The position numbers were made by a program, and so were the translations under genes. From TPA_inf: Saccharomyces (Eukaryota): 64,000 bases of DNA. The stretch lies in contig BK006936.2 in assembly GCA_000146045.2 (NCBI GenBank), positions 640,001 through 704,000 of the forward strand, written 5' to 3'. The notes beneath the pieces were generated by a model, which saw nothing but the letters and a program-made list of their open reading frames with translations, was not told the DNA's origin and searched no databases. Position 1 is the stretch's first letter. Each line of letters starts with the position of its first letter. Shown piece by piece: positions 10,368 to 21,700 of this stretch.

Positions 10368-11192
10368 ATGGTCAAATCGCTACAGCTAGCCCATCAATTA
10401 AAAGACAAGAAAATACTACTAATCGGAGGCGGAGAAGTCGGCTTGACAAGGTTATATAAGCTGATACCTACAGGTTGCAAGCTGACTTTAGTATCTCCTG
10501 ACCTACACAAATCCATTATTCCGAAGTTTGGAAAATTCATCCAGAACGAGGATCAGCCCGACTACAGAGAAGACGCTAAACGCTTTATCAATCCGAACTG
10601 GGACCCCACGAAGAATGAAATTTACGAGTACATCCGCAGTGACTTCAAAGACGAATACCTCGACCTAGAAGACGAGAACGACGCGTGGTACATAATAATG
10701 ACCTGTATACCCGACCACCCTGAAAGCGCAAGAATATATCACCTTTGTAAGGAAAGATTCGGTAAGCAGCAGCTGGTCAATGTGGCGGACAAACCTGATC
10801 TCTGTGACTTTTATTTCGGCGCCAACCTGGAGATAGGAGACCGTCTACAGATTCTGATCTCTACCAACGGCCTTTCTCCGCGCTTTGGCGCTCTAGTAAG
10901 AGATGAGATCCGTAACTTATTCACACAAATGGGGGATCTGGCGCTGGAGGACGCTGTCGTCAAACTAGGTGAGCTGAGAAGAGGAATTAGGCTGCTGGCA
11001 CCAGACGACAAGGATGTCAAGTACCGCATGGATTGGGCCAGACGCTGCACAGACCTCTTCGGCATTCAGCACTGCCACAACATCGACGTAAAACGTCTGC
11101 TGGATCTTTTCAAGGTCATGTTTCAAGAACAGAACTGTTCCTTGCAGTTCCCTCCCAGAGAACGGTTGCTTAGCGAGTACTGCTCGTCTTGA
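10368..11192 (+). CDS. MET8: Bifunctional precorrin-2 dehydrogenase / sirohydrochlorin ferrochelatase (siroheme synthesis), 274 aa
   Basis: 274-aa ORF with an N-terminal Rossmann motif (LLIGGGEVGLTRL) typical of the CysG N-terminal domain family. Length and sequence match MET8/YBR213W from memory. Confidence 0.85.
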   Translation: MVKSLQLAHQLKDKKILLIGGGEVGLTRLYKLIPTGCKLTLVSPDLHKSIIPKFGKFIQNEDQPDYREDAKRFINPNWDPTKNEIYEYIRSDFKDEYLDLEDENDAWYIIMTCIPDHPESARIYHLCKERFGKQQLVNVADKPDLCDFYFGANLEIGDRLQILISTNGLSPRFGALVRDEIRNLFTQMGDLALEDAVVKLGELRRGIRLLAPDDKDVKYRMDWARRCTDLFGIQHCHNIDVKRLLDLFKVMFQEQNCSLQFPPRERLLSEYCSS

Positions 11193-11414
11193 GCGACAGG
11201 GCCTCCTCTTTTAAGGGGCGCGTCCTTTCTATTGTGTAGAGAAAATCTACTGGGATTTTGTATATATTTCGCATATATAGGGGTTGGAGAACGAACAACA
11301 ATGCCTGTTCAGATCAACTTTTCTTCTATCTTATCAGGCAAGATCAGGCACACAACCCAACTATAATAACTATAAACACTTATAGAACAATTACCGTTTC
11401 TTCCTTCACACAAC

Positions 11415-12998
11415 ATGGCTTCTACTTCGAACACGTTCCCTCCAAGCCAAAGCAATTCTTCCAACAACCTTCCAACTTCTAGACATGCATCCATTGTGGA
11501 GATGCTGTCTACTCCGCCATTGCTGCCCCACGTTCAAGTGAACGATACAGACGACAAGGAACAACCAGAAGAGTCCACGCCGCCAACAGCAACAGCGGCA
11601 GCGCCTGGTCCAGGTTGTGCTGCTACACCCGCCCCCTTGCGCGATGAAAAGCCTCAATTCAAACTATCAGCTGTTCCTATGACCCAGACGCCATCGCAGT
11701 GTCTGTCATGTGTGCACGCCCAAAAATGGCAACACATACCGTTGTCGCAATTGATCGAACAGAATAAGCTTATTTTTGTTCCAGGTTCCATATCGGTAGA
11801 GGAGGCATTCAACACTTTGATCAAGTATCATCTAAACTCTATTCCCGTGGAATCTTTCCCCGGCGACATGAACTGTTTTACTTTCGACTACAATGACCTT
11901 AATTCGTACCTTTTGCTGGTTTTGAATAAAATCACCGTCAGCAACAAACAGCTTACTGCAGATTGCCAGAATGGAAAACCCGTACCAGTGGGCGAAATGG
12001 TGAAACTAACTCCTAAGAATCCGTTCTATAAGCTGCCGGAGAATGAGAGTTTGTCCACGGTGATGGGGATTCTCGGTTCGGGTGTCCATCGTGTAGCGAT
12101 AACAAACGAAGAGATGACCAAAGTTAAAGGTATTTTGTCCCAACGTCGTTTGATAAAGTATCTTTGGGACAACGCTAGATCTTTTACAAGCTTAGAACCT
12201 CTATTAAACTCCTCATTACAAGATTTGCACATCGGTGTTCTCAATATTCAATCTAAGCCAACTTCAAGACAATCCCGTGTCATCTCTATTCAAGGCGAGG
12301 AGCCCTTAATCATGGGCCTTTATAAAATGCATGTGGAAAGAATTTCTTCCATTGCAGTCATCGACAAACAAGGTAATTTGCTAGGTAACATATCGGTAAC
12401 GGACGTAAAACATGTCACAAGAACCTCCCAATACCCCTTACTACATAAGACATGTCGCCATTTCATTTCTGTCATTTTAAACTCCAGAGGATTAGAAACG
12501 GGTAAAGATTCTTTCCCCATTTTTCACGTATACCCCAGTAGTTCACTAGCAAGGACTCTTGCCAAGTTAGTTGCTACAAAGTCTCATAGACTATGGATCG
12601 TACAACCGCCGGAGTCGTCAACCTCGGCGTCATCCACAAATTTAACAGCTGCTAATACTGCAGCCAATGCAGTTTCTGCCACCGCTCAATCGTCTGCTAA
12701 TGGTGCGACTCCAATGTCAAAGTCATCCTCTTCAACATCCCTCAACTCCCACTCTCCGTTGATGACAGCAATGGAAGACCCACCATCCCCACGTTCTTCG
12801 GCCATCGCGATCCCACCACCAAGTCCCGCTTCCTCAACAAACACACCAAACCTATTCGAAAAGGAATATAGAACGGGTAAGTTGATCGGTGTGGTCTCAT
12901 TGACAGACATCATCAACTTATTAGCAAGGAAACAAACAGGGAATAAAGAAGTGGATCCGCAATCCGCAAGAAGACAGAGAGGCAGTATCGCCATGTGA
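11415..12998 (+). CDS. SDS24: CBS-domain protein, 527 aa (S. pombe sds23 homologue family)
   Basis: 527-aa ORF starting MASTSNTFPPSQSNSS. The central CBS-pair-like region and S/T/P-rich termini match YBR214W in length and order. Confidence 0.8.
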   Translation: MASTSNTFPPSQSNSSNNLPTSRHASIVEMLSTPPLLPHVQVNDTDDKEQPEESTPPTATAAAPGPGCAATPAPLRDEKPQFKLSAVPMTQTPSQCLSCVHAQKWQHIPLSQLIEQNKLIFVPGSISVEEAFNTLIKYHLNSIPVESFPGDMNCFTFDYNDLNSYLLLVLNKITVSNKQLTADCQNGKPVPVGEMVKLTPKNPFYKLPENESLSTVMGILGSGVHRVAITNEEMTKVKGILSQRRLIKYLWDNARSFTSLEPLLNSSLQDLHIGVLNIQSKPTSRQSRVISIQGEEPLIMGLYKMHVERISSIAVIDKQGNLLGNISVTDVKHVTRTSQYPLLHKTCRHFISVILNSRGLETGKDSFPIFHVYPSSSLARTLAKLVATKSHRLWIVQPPESSTSASSTNLTAANTAANAVSATAQSSANGATPMSKSSSSTSLNSHSPLMTAMEDPPSPRSSAIAIPPPSPASSTNTPNLFEKEYRTGKLIGVVSLTDIINLLARKQTGNKEVDPQSARRQRGSIAM

Positions 12999-13355
12999 GG
13001 CTTGCAGCGTTGTCTTTTCCCGCTGTTTCCCTCTCCCTCAAAAAAAAAAATCTTTTACAATGACTAAAAGAAAATATTGTTCATTTATATGGTTTTAAGT
13101 ATTTTGTAGACATTTAAGCGTATATACTTGTTCTGAAAACATTTATATATTCTATTTTGTATATTCAACTTATTAAACTCTGACTTTTGCTATTGTCGCG
13201 TATATGTATATCTTTTTTTCTTGTCGTGGAAAATTAAAGCAAAATATGTCAGGCGAATGTACACACAATGCAGAAACTGATGCGGTTAATTTTGCATTCT
13301 GAAACGATTTAAACGAACAGCATTAACCTCCACGACCATATTCAAACGATTGGAA

Positions 13356-15317
13356 ATGGACCAAAAAGGTATGTTCTGGCTTTATTTTCAATTATCCGCC
13401 CTTCGTTAGGGGTGTTTTAGATCATTTTGATTAACAATTCTATTTATGATAGCAATTGTCCTTGATAACTCTAAAAGTGGTAGTAAACAGACAAAATCGA
13501 GTGGCAAAATGCAAACGCAAACAGATACTAATGCTGAAGTTCTAAACACCGATAACAGTATCAAAAAAGAAACAGGAAGTGATTCTGAGGATCTTTTCAA
13601 TAAATTTTCAAACAAAAAAACGAACAGGAAAATACCCAACATCGCTGAAGAATTAGCGAAAAACAGAAACTACGTAAAAGGTGCGTCTCCGTCTCCCATT
13701 ATAATTTCTGGTTCCTCTTCAACTTCTCCATCAGGACCCTCTTCCTCCAGTACAAACCCGATGGGGATACCAACGAATCGATTTAATAAAAATACTGTAG
13801 AACTATATCAGCATTCACCATCCCCCGTGATGACTACTAACAAGACTGATACAGAGGAAAAGAGACAAAACAATAGAAATATGGATAATAAAAACACCCC
13901 AGAAAGAGGATCTTCTTCCTTTGCTGCTAAGCAACTAAAAATATCATCCTTGTTAACTATATCCTCCAATGAAGATAGTAAAACTTTGCATATAAACGAT
14001 ACTAATGGCAACAAAAATAGTAATGCCGCCAGTAATAATATTCCATCGGCTTATGCAGAACTCCATACAGAGGGAAATAGCATTGAATCACTAATAAAAC
14101 CCCCAAGCTCTCCCAGAAATAAATCTCTAACGCCCAAAGTTATCTTGCCAACACAGAATATGGATGGTACAATTGCAAAGGATCCTCATTTAGGTGATAA
14201 TACACCAGGAATACTCATAGCAAAAACTAGTTCTCCCGTAAATTTGGATGTTGAAAGCACTGCACAATCTCTGGGAAAATTTAACAAGTCCACTAATTCT
14301 TTGAAAGCTGCCCTAACAAAAGCTCCTGCAGAAAAGGTCTCTTTAAAACGTAGCATTAGTTCAGTTACAAACAGTGATTCTAATATTAGCTCCAGCAAAA
14401 AGCCTACGTCTGAAAAAGCTAAAAAATCAAGTTCAGCATCAGCAATACTACCAAAGCCAACAACGACCAAGACATCAAAAAAAGCTGCTAGCAATAGTAG
14501 CGATTCTACCAGAAAAAAAAACGCCTCGAACAAGACTACATCAGCCATAAAGAAAGAGTCAAATGCCGGCTCCAAATTGAACACTGTTAAGAAGGAAAAT
14601 AGCTCTTTATCTTCTATCAAAGCCACTGAGAAAGAAAAAGATAAAGGTGGAAATAGCACGGAAGCAAAAAACTCTACCAGCAACGTTAGAAAGGAACCAA
14701 CTGCAAAATCCCCAAAAAGGTTAGTAGCCGCACCGACAGTCAGTCCACCAAAAATTCTACAAACGGCAGAAACCAAAGCAAAGGAACCCTCGATATTGAT
14801 TGACGTTCCATTGTATCAAGCTGATACAAACGACTACCTAGACGAAAACGGTCAGGTTATTTTTAATTTATCAACTTTAATAAAAGAGAAGTATCACCCG
14901 AAAAGTAAAGAACTAGCACAACTTAAAGACTCTAAAAGAAATTTATTAATGCAATTATCCGATCATTCTAACGGCTCACTAGAAAAGGAAAAAGATGAAG
15001 AAGGAGATGTAATAGAACTTGATGATGATGAGGATATGGAAGAAGATGAAGGGGAAATAGATACAGAAACTAATACTGTAACTACCACCATCTCTCCGAA
15101 GAAGAAGTCGCATCCTATGAAAGGTAAAAATTTGATTGGTAAATATGACGTTGAAGATCCGTTCATTGATGATTCGGAGTTATTGTGGGAGGAACAGCGT
15201 GCTGCCACCAAGGACGGTTTTTTTGTTTACTTTGGTCCATTAATCGAAAAAGGTCACTATGCAAGTTTGGAGCGTGCAAATGGTACCATGAAAAGAGGTG
15301 GTGTTAAAAATAAATAA
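13356..15317 (+). CDS. HPC2: HIR histone-chaperone complex subunit; spliced gene. Exon 1 is 13356-13368, the intron 13369-13452, exon 2 is 13453-15317; 625 aa
   Basis: The uninterrupted ORF (13446-15317) begins MIAIVLDNSK. Ninety bp upstream, ATGGACCAAAAAG is followed directly by GTATGT (5'ss at 13369). A candidate branch site TGATTAAC lies about 18 nt before a YAG 3'ss at 13450-13452. Splicing joins G+CA in frame and gives MDQKAIVLDNSK... (625 aa), which matches my recollection of HPC2's start and length. The protein is extremely S/T/K-rich, with a conserved acidic/HRD-like C-terminal region. Confidence 0.7.
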
Positions 15318-15575
15318 GCATTGTGTCAGAGATTTTCCAAAATCCCTGAACGACATAAAAAATGAAATAAAGTGTGCCTATATCTGAAAGTATATAGTCA
15401 GTTTATATGAAGATTTTTCCGAGCGAATGCTTTTCTATCCATGTATCTATGTCCGATAATATGGTGAAAGAAAAAATAGATAATTTCACCTTAGAGAATC
15501 TATAAACTTGGCTATAAAACCAGAAACGAGTATGGCATGTTCAATATCTTGGTGGAAATGAAATAGATAAGAACT

Positions 15576-17600
15576 TCATTTTATACCAGTAAAATAGTCA
15601 TTTAGAGATTCGTTTTTATCCACAATTTCCTTATACTTCGGAAGTTTATCAGGTTCGACTGACTTCAAATTAGAATCAATCTTCGAACAAACAATCTTCA
15701 GTAGATCTTCATCCCATGTTTTTTTTAGCACAATGAAAATATTCAAGTAAGTTAGCAGTAATAATATATCACTCTTCTTGGCATCTGCCGTAAATGAATC
15801 TTGGATAGTCTGCAGACAACAGTCATGAACAGCTTTCATTTTGGAAGAATCTAGTTGGATATAATGTCTGATGTTACTTTGCTGAGCTTTGTTACTATCA
15901 TTGACCTTCAGTTTGGATAATTTTTCGACAATCAAATCCGTCTCAGAATCGTTATCCTTGGTGGAGATGCGTCGCCTTGAAAGGTCTTTAAAAACACATA
16001 ATACGGACGTCTTAGCCAATGGAAGGGGAGATGTCTTAAGCACATCTAAGATAAACTCAAATGCAACTTTTTCAGGTATTAAACATAGTAATCTGGTGAG
16101 AAGAGTGAAAGTTATCATTCTTAACTGCTGATTGACCTGAATACAGTTCTTTTGAAGTAGAACATGCAATAATGTTTTTGTAACAAACACTGAAAGATTC
16201 TTCAATTCTTTTTTTACATCCTCCAAGGGCTCGGTTGTAATAGCATACCATAGCCAGTAGCGACTAACTGATTCAACTGCTACATTATAGTAAACTTTAG
16301 AATATAATGATGGAGTTGTAAATCTCAAGTAGAGATAAATGGCATCCGTTATATTCATTTCCTTTACTAAATGTTGATTGGTTTCCAAATAGTGGATACC
16401 AGAAAATAATATTACACCATTATAGTCCAAACCAACATTTTTTTCTTTAGCGGCCTTTTGTACTTCGAATGTATAAGCCAATTTATATACCATTCTTTCC
16501 AAAACCAACTTTGCTTCATCATTAACAGCGGAAATCTCCTGGGGTACAGACTTATAAATAATCCTACATTCTTTTATCACATTCTGAAATTCTCCCTCTA
16601 TATCAACATCAAGCGAGAACGCCATTTGGTAATACCTGCAAAATAGCTCAAGATATTCGGTGTAATATGCAGATAATTCAAACTTCTGTTGATTTAGTGC
16701 ACAATAGTATTTCACGTCGGCATTGGTGGTGACAGTTTTTATGGGTGTCGAAATACCAAAAGTACAAAGCCTACGCAATAGTCTAACCTGTAATTCACTT
16801 TCTTCCTCCACAACTTTATCAAACATCTCTCGAGTAAAATCTTCGTTCAATTGTATATCTTTTGGTGGATCAGGGGGAATATAGTTCCTGCAGAATGTGT
16901 ACACCCTACGAAGAAGGAAAAGGGCATCTTCAAAAGTGTCCGCATGACTATACACAAATTTCTCAATTGTTGACACAGCAGCTCCCAGATATTTCGAAGG
17001 AAACAGAGTAGAAATCCTTTTCAGACTCGCCCCTATGAATTCAAATAAAATGTAGGATTTCAACTTCAAGAAAAATTCATTTGAACTCTTGCTTTCACCG
17101 TAGGATGGAAAATCTTTTCGATTAGAGGAATTTTCGATTACTCCTTCAGGAGGTAACGTATTGGCCTTTTTATCAACAAAGTCTTCCTTATTCTGTTGAT
17201 CACTCTTGGAAAAATCTTTTGAACAAAGGGATGAAAGCAACTCCAACCCAGTAATTAAACATTTTTTGGGCTCGCCTTGGATTGAGATGGCATAGAAACA
17301 CTTCATTACACCTTGGACAATCATATTCGTACCTAGTCTTCCATTTACATCGACATTATCCTTTGACAAGAACTTCAATAATCCCTTAGGCAGATCCCAA
17401 CCGATTTCACCAGTAGTACTCGGATTATCCTCTAACAATGTATTCAAAGTTTCAATGAATCTCGTCTTTTCTTCATAGCTCCCCTCTTGGTTAACTTGCT
17501 CGCCATATATATCAATCAATGTTACCAACTCAAGAAGATCCTCCTTCTGAGTTTTGAACGCATCAGTAACCTCAAAAAGTATGTCATCAATTGGTTCCAT
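15576..17600 (-). CDS. YBP1: Yap1-binding protein required for peroxide-induced Yap1 oxidation, 674 aa
   Basis: 674-aa ORF starting MEPIDDILFEVTDAFKTQ. Length and position (YBR216C) are consistent. Confidence 0.8.
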   Translation of the reverse strand: MEPIDDILFEVTDAFKTQKEDLLELVTLIDIYGEQVNQEGSYEEKTRFIETLNTLLEDNPSTTGEIGWDLPKGLLKFLSKDNVDVNGRLGTNMIVQGVMKCFYAISIQGEPKKCLITGLELLSSLCSKDFSKSDQQNKEDFVDKKANTLPPEGVIENSSNRKDFPSYGESKSSNEFFLKLKSYILFEFIGASLKRISTLFPSKYLGAAVSTIEKFVYSHADTFEDALFLLRRVYTFCRNYIPPDPPKDIQLNEDFTREMFDKVVEEESELQVRLLRRLCTFGISTPIKTVTTNADVKYYCALNQQKFELSAYYTEYLELFCRYYQMAFSLDVDIEGEFQNVIKECRIIYKSVPQEISAVNDEAKLVLERMVYKLAYTFEVQKAAKEKNVGLDYNGVILFSGIHYLETNQHLVKEMNITDAIYLYLRFTTPSLYSKVYYNVAVESVSRYWLWYAITTEPLEDVKKELKNLSVFVTKTLLHVLLQKNCIQVNQQLRMITFTLLTRLLCLIPEKVAFEFILDVLKTSPLPLAKTSVLCVFKDLSRRRISTKDNDSETDLIVEKLSKLKVNDSNKAQQSNIRHYIQLDSSKMKAVHDCCLQTIQDSFTADAKKSDILLLLTYLNIFIVLKKTWDEDLLKIVCSKIDSNLKSVEPDKLPKYKEIVDKNESLNDYFTGIK

Positions 17601-17831
17601 TAGTGTCTGAGTATCGTATTGAATGTCTAGGGTGATTTTCTTTTTCAGTGTTTATTTGTTAATAATGTTCACCGGCAATTAGTCTTTATTTTTTTCCTTT
17701 ACATTGTCAAATTTAAAGAATCGTACTTATGAAGGATGCCCGCTTAGTGTTTGACAGAAAGCTACTTGAGCTGAAGAAATAAACGTACATCCCTAACTGT
17801 ATATTCTACAGTAGAGTGAACCAATGACAGT

Positions 17832-18392
17832 ATGAGTAGGATCCTAGAGAGCGAAAATGAAACAGAAAGTGACGAAAGCTCCATCATATCCACAAATAAT
17901 GGAACGGCAATGGAAAGATCCAGAAATAATCAAGAATTAAGATCATCTCCTCATACCGTTCAAAATAGATTGGAACTTTTTAGCAGGAGATTGTCTCAGC
18001 TTGGTTTGGCGAGTGACATTTCTGTCGACCAGCAAGTTGAAGATTCCTCTAGTGGCACTTATGAACAGGAAGAGACAATCAAAACGAATGCACAAACAAG
18101 CAAACAAAAAAGCCATAAAGACGAAAAAAACATACAAAAGATACAGATAAAATTTCAGCCCATTGGTTCTATTGGGCAGTTAAAACCATCTGTTTGTAAA
18201 ATATCAATGTCACAGTCTTTTGCAATGGTTATTTTATTTCTTAAGAGACGGCTGAAAATGGACCATGTTTATTGTTATATAAATAATTCGTTTGCGCCAA
18301 GTCCGCAGCAAAATATTGGTGAACTTTGGATGCAATTCAAGACTAATGATGAGCTTATTGTAAGTTATTGTGCATCCGTAGCGTTTGGTTAA
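17832..18392 (+). CDS. ATG12: Ubiquitin-like autophagy modifier Atg12, 186 aa, C-terminal Gly
   Basis: 186-aa ORF ending ...ASVAFG, the terminal glycine used for conjugation to Atg5. It has a ubiquitin-like C-terminal fold region and an S/N/E-rich N-terminus. It matches ATG12/YBR217W. Confidence 0.9.
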
Positions 18393-18706
18393 ATACCCGG
18401 GCGCTGGAATGGTCTAAGAAGAAAACCTACAGTCGATCAAAAATCCCGTACGATATTAAATAGAGTAGTTAACGTACTTGAGCGTTATAAACTCACATTT
18501 TCACTCAAGAAGAAAATGGAGAATGGAGACATGGTAAGTGAAAGCATTAAGGAAGAAACACAGTTAGCACGTATTTCATCGAAAGTGTTTGATTACTTTC
18601 TATTTGGCATTTAAATATACATGGGAACATAACTAGATAAAATATACGCCATATATAGTACAGCTAGTATTTTCAGATGTCATAAAATATAATTAACGAG
18701 TAAAAA

Positions 18707-21700
18707 TTACTTTTTTTGGGATGGGGGTAGGGTTTCTTCTTCTAGGACAACCAACAAATCTGATGCGTCAACACTTTCACCATCCTTAATGAAAACGTCT
18801 TTAACTTGACCATCTGCTGGTGAAGAGACAACCATTTCCATTTTCATGGCACTCAAAACAGCAATCGATTCGCCCTTTTTCACCAAAGACCCTTTATGTA
18901 CTTTAACTTCTATGATAACACCAGCCATTGGTGCACCGATTTGGTGAGTATCGTGGACATCAGCCTTTGGTTTAGCAACAGATTGTATGTTTTGTGACTT
19001 GTCTGCAACTCTGATCTTTCTTAATTCACCGTTCAATTCAAAATACACTTCTCTTTGCCCAGTTTTCTTATTTAAGTCACCAACAGCTTGCAATTTGATA
19101 ATCAAAGTCTTACCTTGTTCGATGGTGACTTCGATTTCTTCATCAGGTTCTGCTGGTGCTAGGAAATTTTTGGTTGGTAGAACTGATAAATCACCGTATG
19201 TTTCTCTGATCTTTTGGAAATCTTCATAGACCCTTGGATACATATTGTAAGAAGCAACATCGCATTCATCAATATCACCGAATCTGTTCTGCAAGTCTTC
19301 TCTAATTTTTTCGAGATCAAATGGTTCTAATTCTAAACCTGGACGGCACGTCAACTTTCTTCTCTTGTTTCTCAATACATCAGATCTTAATGGTTCTGGG
19401 AACCCACCGTATGGTTGACCAATTAAACCTTCAAAAAAGTCCATAACAGAGTCAGGAAAGTCCAAAGAATTAGCTAAACGTCTAATATCGTCGGAAGTCA
19501 GTTTGTTAGAAACCATGAATTGAGCTAAATCACCGACAACCTTAGAAGTTGGGGTAACTTTAACAATATCTCCCAGTAGGTAATTGGCTTCTCTGTAAGC
19601 TCTTTTAGTTTCAGCCCATTGTTCACCAAGACCCAGTTGTTGAGCTTGGAATAACAAGTTAGTCAATTGACCACCTGGGATTTCATGTTGGTAAACTTCT
19701 GGATCTGGTCCCTTCAAGTCGGCCTCGAAACAAGAATACAACAGTCTCATTTCGGCCCAGTATGCATCTAATTCACGAACATGCTCAACGTTAATCCCAG
19801 TATCAATGTTACCTTCTAATGAAGCCAACAGTGCATTAATTGATGGTTGGGAAGTTAAGCCCGACATTGAATTGATAGCTACATCGACAACATCAGCACC
19901 TGCTAGGGCACATGCAGTCATAGACGCAACAGCAGTACCTGCGGAGTCATGACTGTGAACATGAATTGGTAAATCCGGATATCTGGTTCTTAGGGAGCCA
20001 ATTAATAATTTGGCAGCGGCCGGTTTCATAGTACCTGCCATATCCTTAATACCCAAGATATGTGTACCCATTTGAACTATTTTTTCAACAACTTCTAGGT
20101 AGTAGTCTAAGTTGTATTTCTTACCTGGCTGAAGCATGTCACCAGAGTAACAAACAGTAGCTTCGACAACACCACCGGCCTTCTTGACAGCATTCACACC
20201 AACTTTTAATTGTTCTAAATCATTCAAGGCATCAAAAACTCTAAATATATCAACACCATTATCCTTGGCTTGCTTGACAAAATGGTCAATAGCATTGTCA
20301 GGTAATGAAGAGTAAGCCACACCGTTGGCACCACGTAATAACATTTGGAATGGAATATTAGGCACCAGAGATCTTAATTTTCTCAGACGTTCCCATGGAT
20401 CCTCATGCAAGAATCTCATTGCAACGTCGAATGTAGCACCACCCCAACATTCTAAAGCGAAAGCACCTGCAAGGGCATGTGCGGTTGTTGGAGCGATTGT
20501 AGCCAAATCGTGGGTTCTGACTCTTGTTGCAAGTAGAGATTGATGAGCGTCTCTCCAGGTGGTGTCCATCAGTAGAGTACCATTGAACTGTCTGACTTGC
20601 TTGGCAAATTCAGATGGTCCCTTTTCCAGTAGCACTTGTCTCCATCCGGATGGTGGTGCAGACTTTGTAACGTTGATGACATTGCCCTGAGCATCGTGCA
20701 AATGGGGGACACTTGGATTTGATTTTAGTTTTGGCAAGCCAATTTGACCCTTAATAGAAGAACCGTTAACTGCCAAGTCTGCCAAATAGTGTAACAGTTT
20801 TTGCGCTCTGTTTTGTGACGATACCATTTGGAACAGTTGTGGGGTGTCGTCAATAAAAGTCGTCCAGTATGTACCCTCAATAAAAACTGGATTGGTCAAA
20901 AGAGTCAATAGGAAGGGAATGTTGGTCTTAACACCTCTGATTCTGAATTCGATCAGGGCACGAATCATCTTCCTACGGACGATTTCATAAGTAGAACCAG
21001 AGCATGAACATTTGACCAGCATTGAGTCGTAGTGAGGCGAGATAGTAGCACCTGCATAAGCGTTACCACCGTCCAATCTCACACCATTACCACCGGCAGA
21101 ACGATAGACCTCCAGGCGACCGGTATCCGGTTGGAAATTCTTAGAGGGATCTTCAGTGGTAATACGACATTGGATGGAAAACCCACGGGTGGTGATTTTA
21201 TCCTGTAATAGACCTAGTTGAGTCAAAGTGGCACCTGCGGCAATCTGGATTTGGGCAGAAACAATGTCAATACCGGTGATTTCTTCAGTGATGGTATGCT
21301 CCACTTGAATTCTTGGATTAATTTCAATGAAATAGTGTCTGTTTTGGTTGTCAACCAAGAATTCGGCGGTACCTGCGTTTCTGTAACCACATACCTTAGC
21401 TAATTTAACAGCATCTGTCAAAATAGCGTCACGAACTTCACGGGGCAAAGTCTTTGCTGGAGCGACTTCGACAACTTTTTGGTGTCTTCTTTGCACAGAA
21501 CAGTCTCTTTCGAAAAGATGAACCACGTTTCCGTGGTTATCAGCCAACAATTGAACTTCAATATGCTTTGGCTTGTCCAAGAATCTTTCCACAAAGCAGG
21601 TACCATTACCGAAGGCAGTACGGGCTTCGGAGGTAGCACGTTGAAAGGCATCTGCCACGTCGTCACCTTCTCTAACGACTCTCATACCTCTACCACCACC

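Noticed and set aside
14186-14776. 196-aa ORF antisense to HPC2
   Set aside because: It is a shadow ORF within the compositionally biased (S/K-rich) coding sequence of HPC2. The F/L-rich translation is an artefact of reading AAA/GAA-rich sequence backwards.
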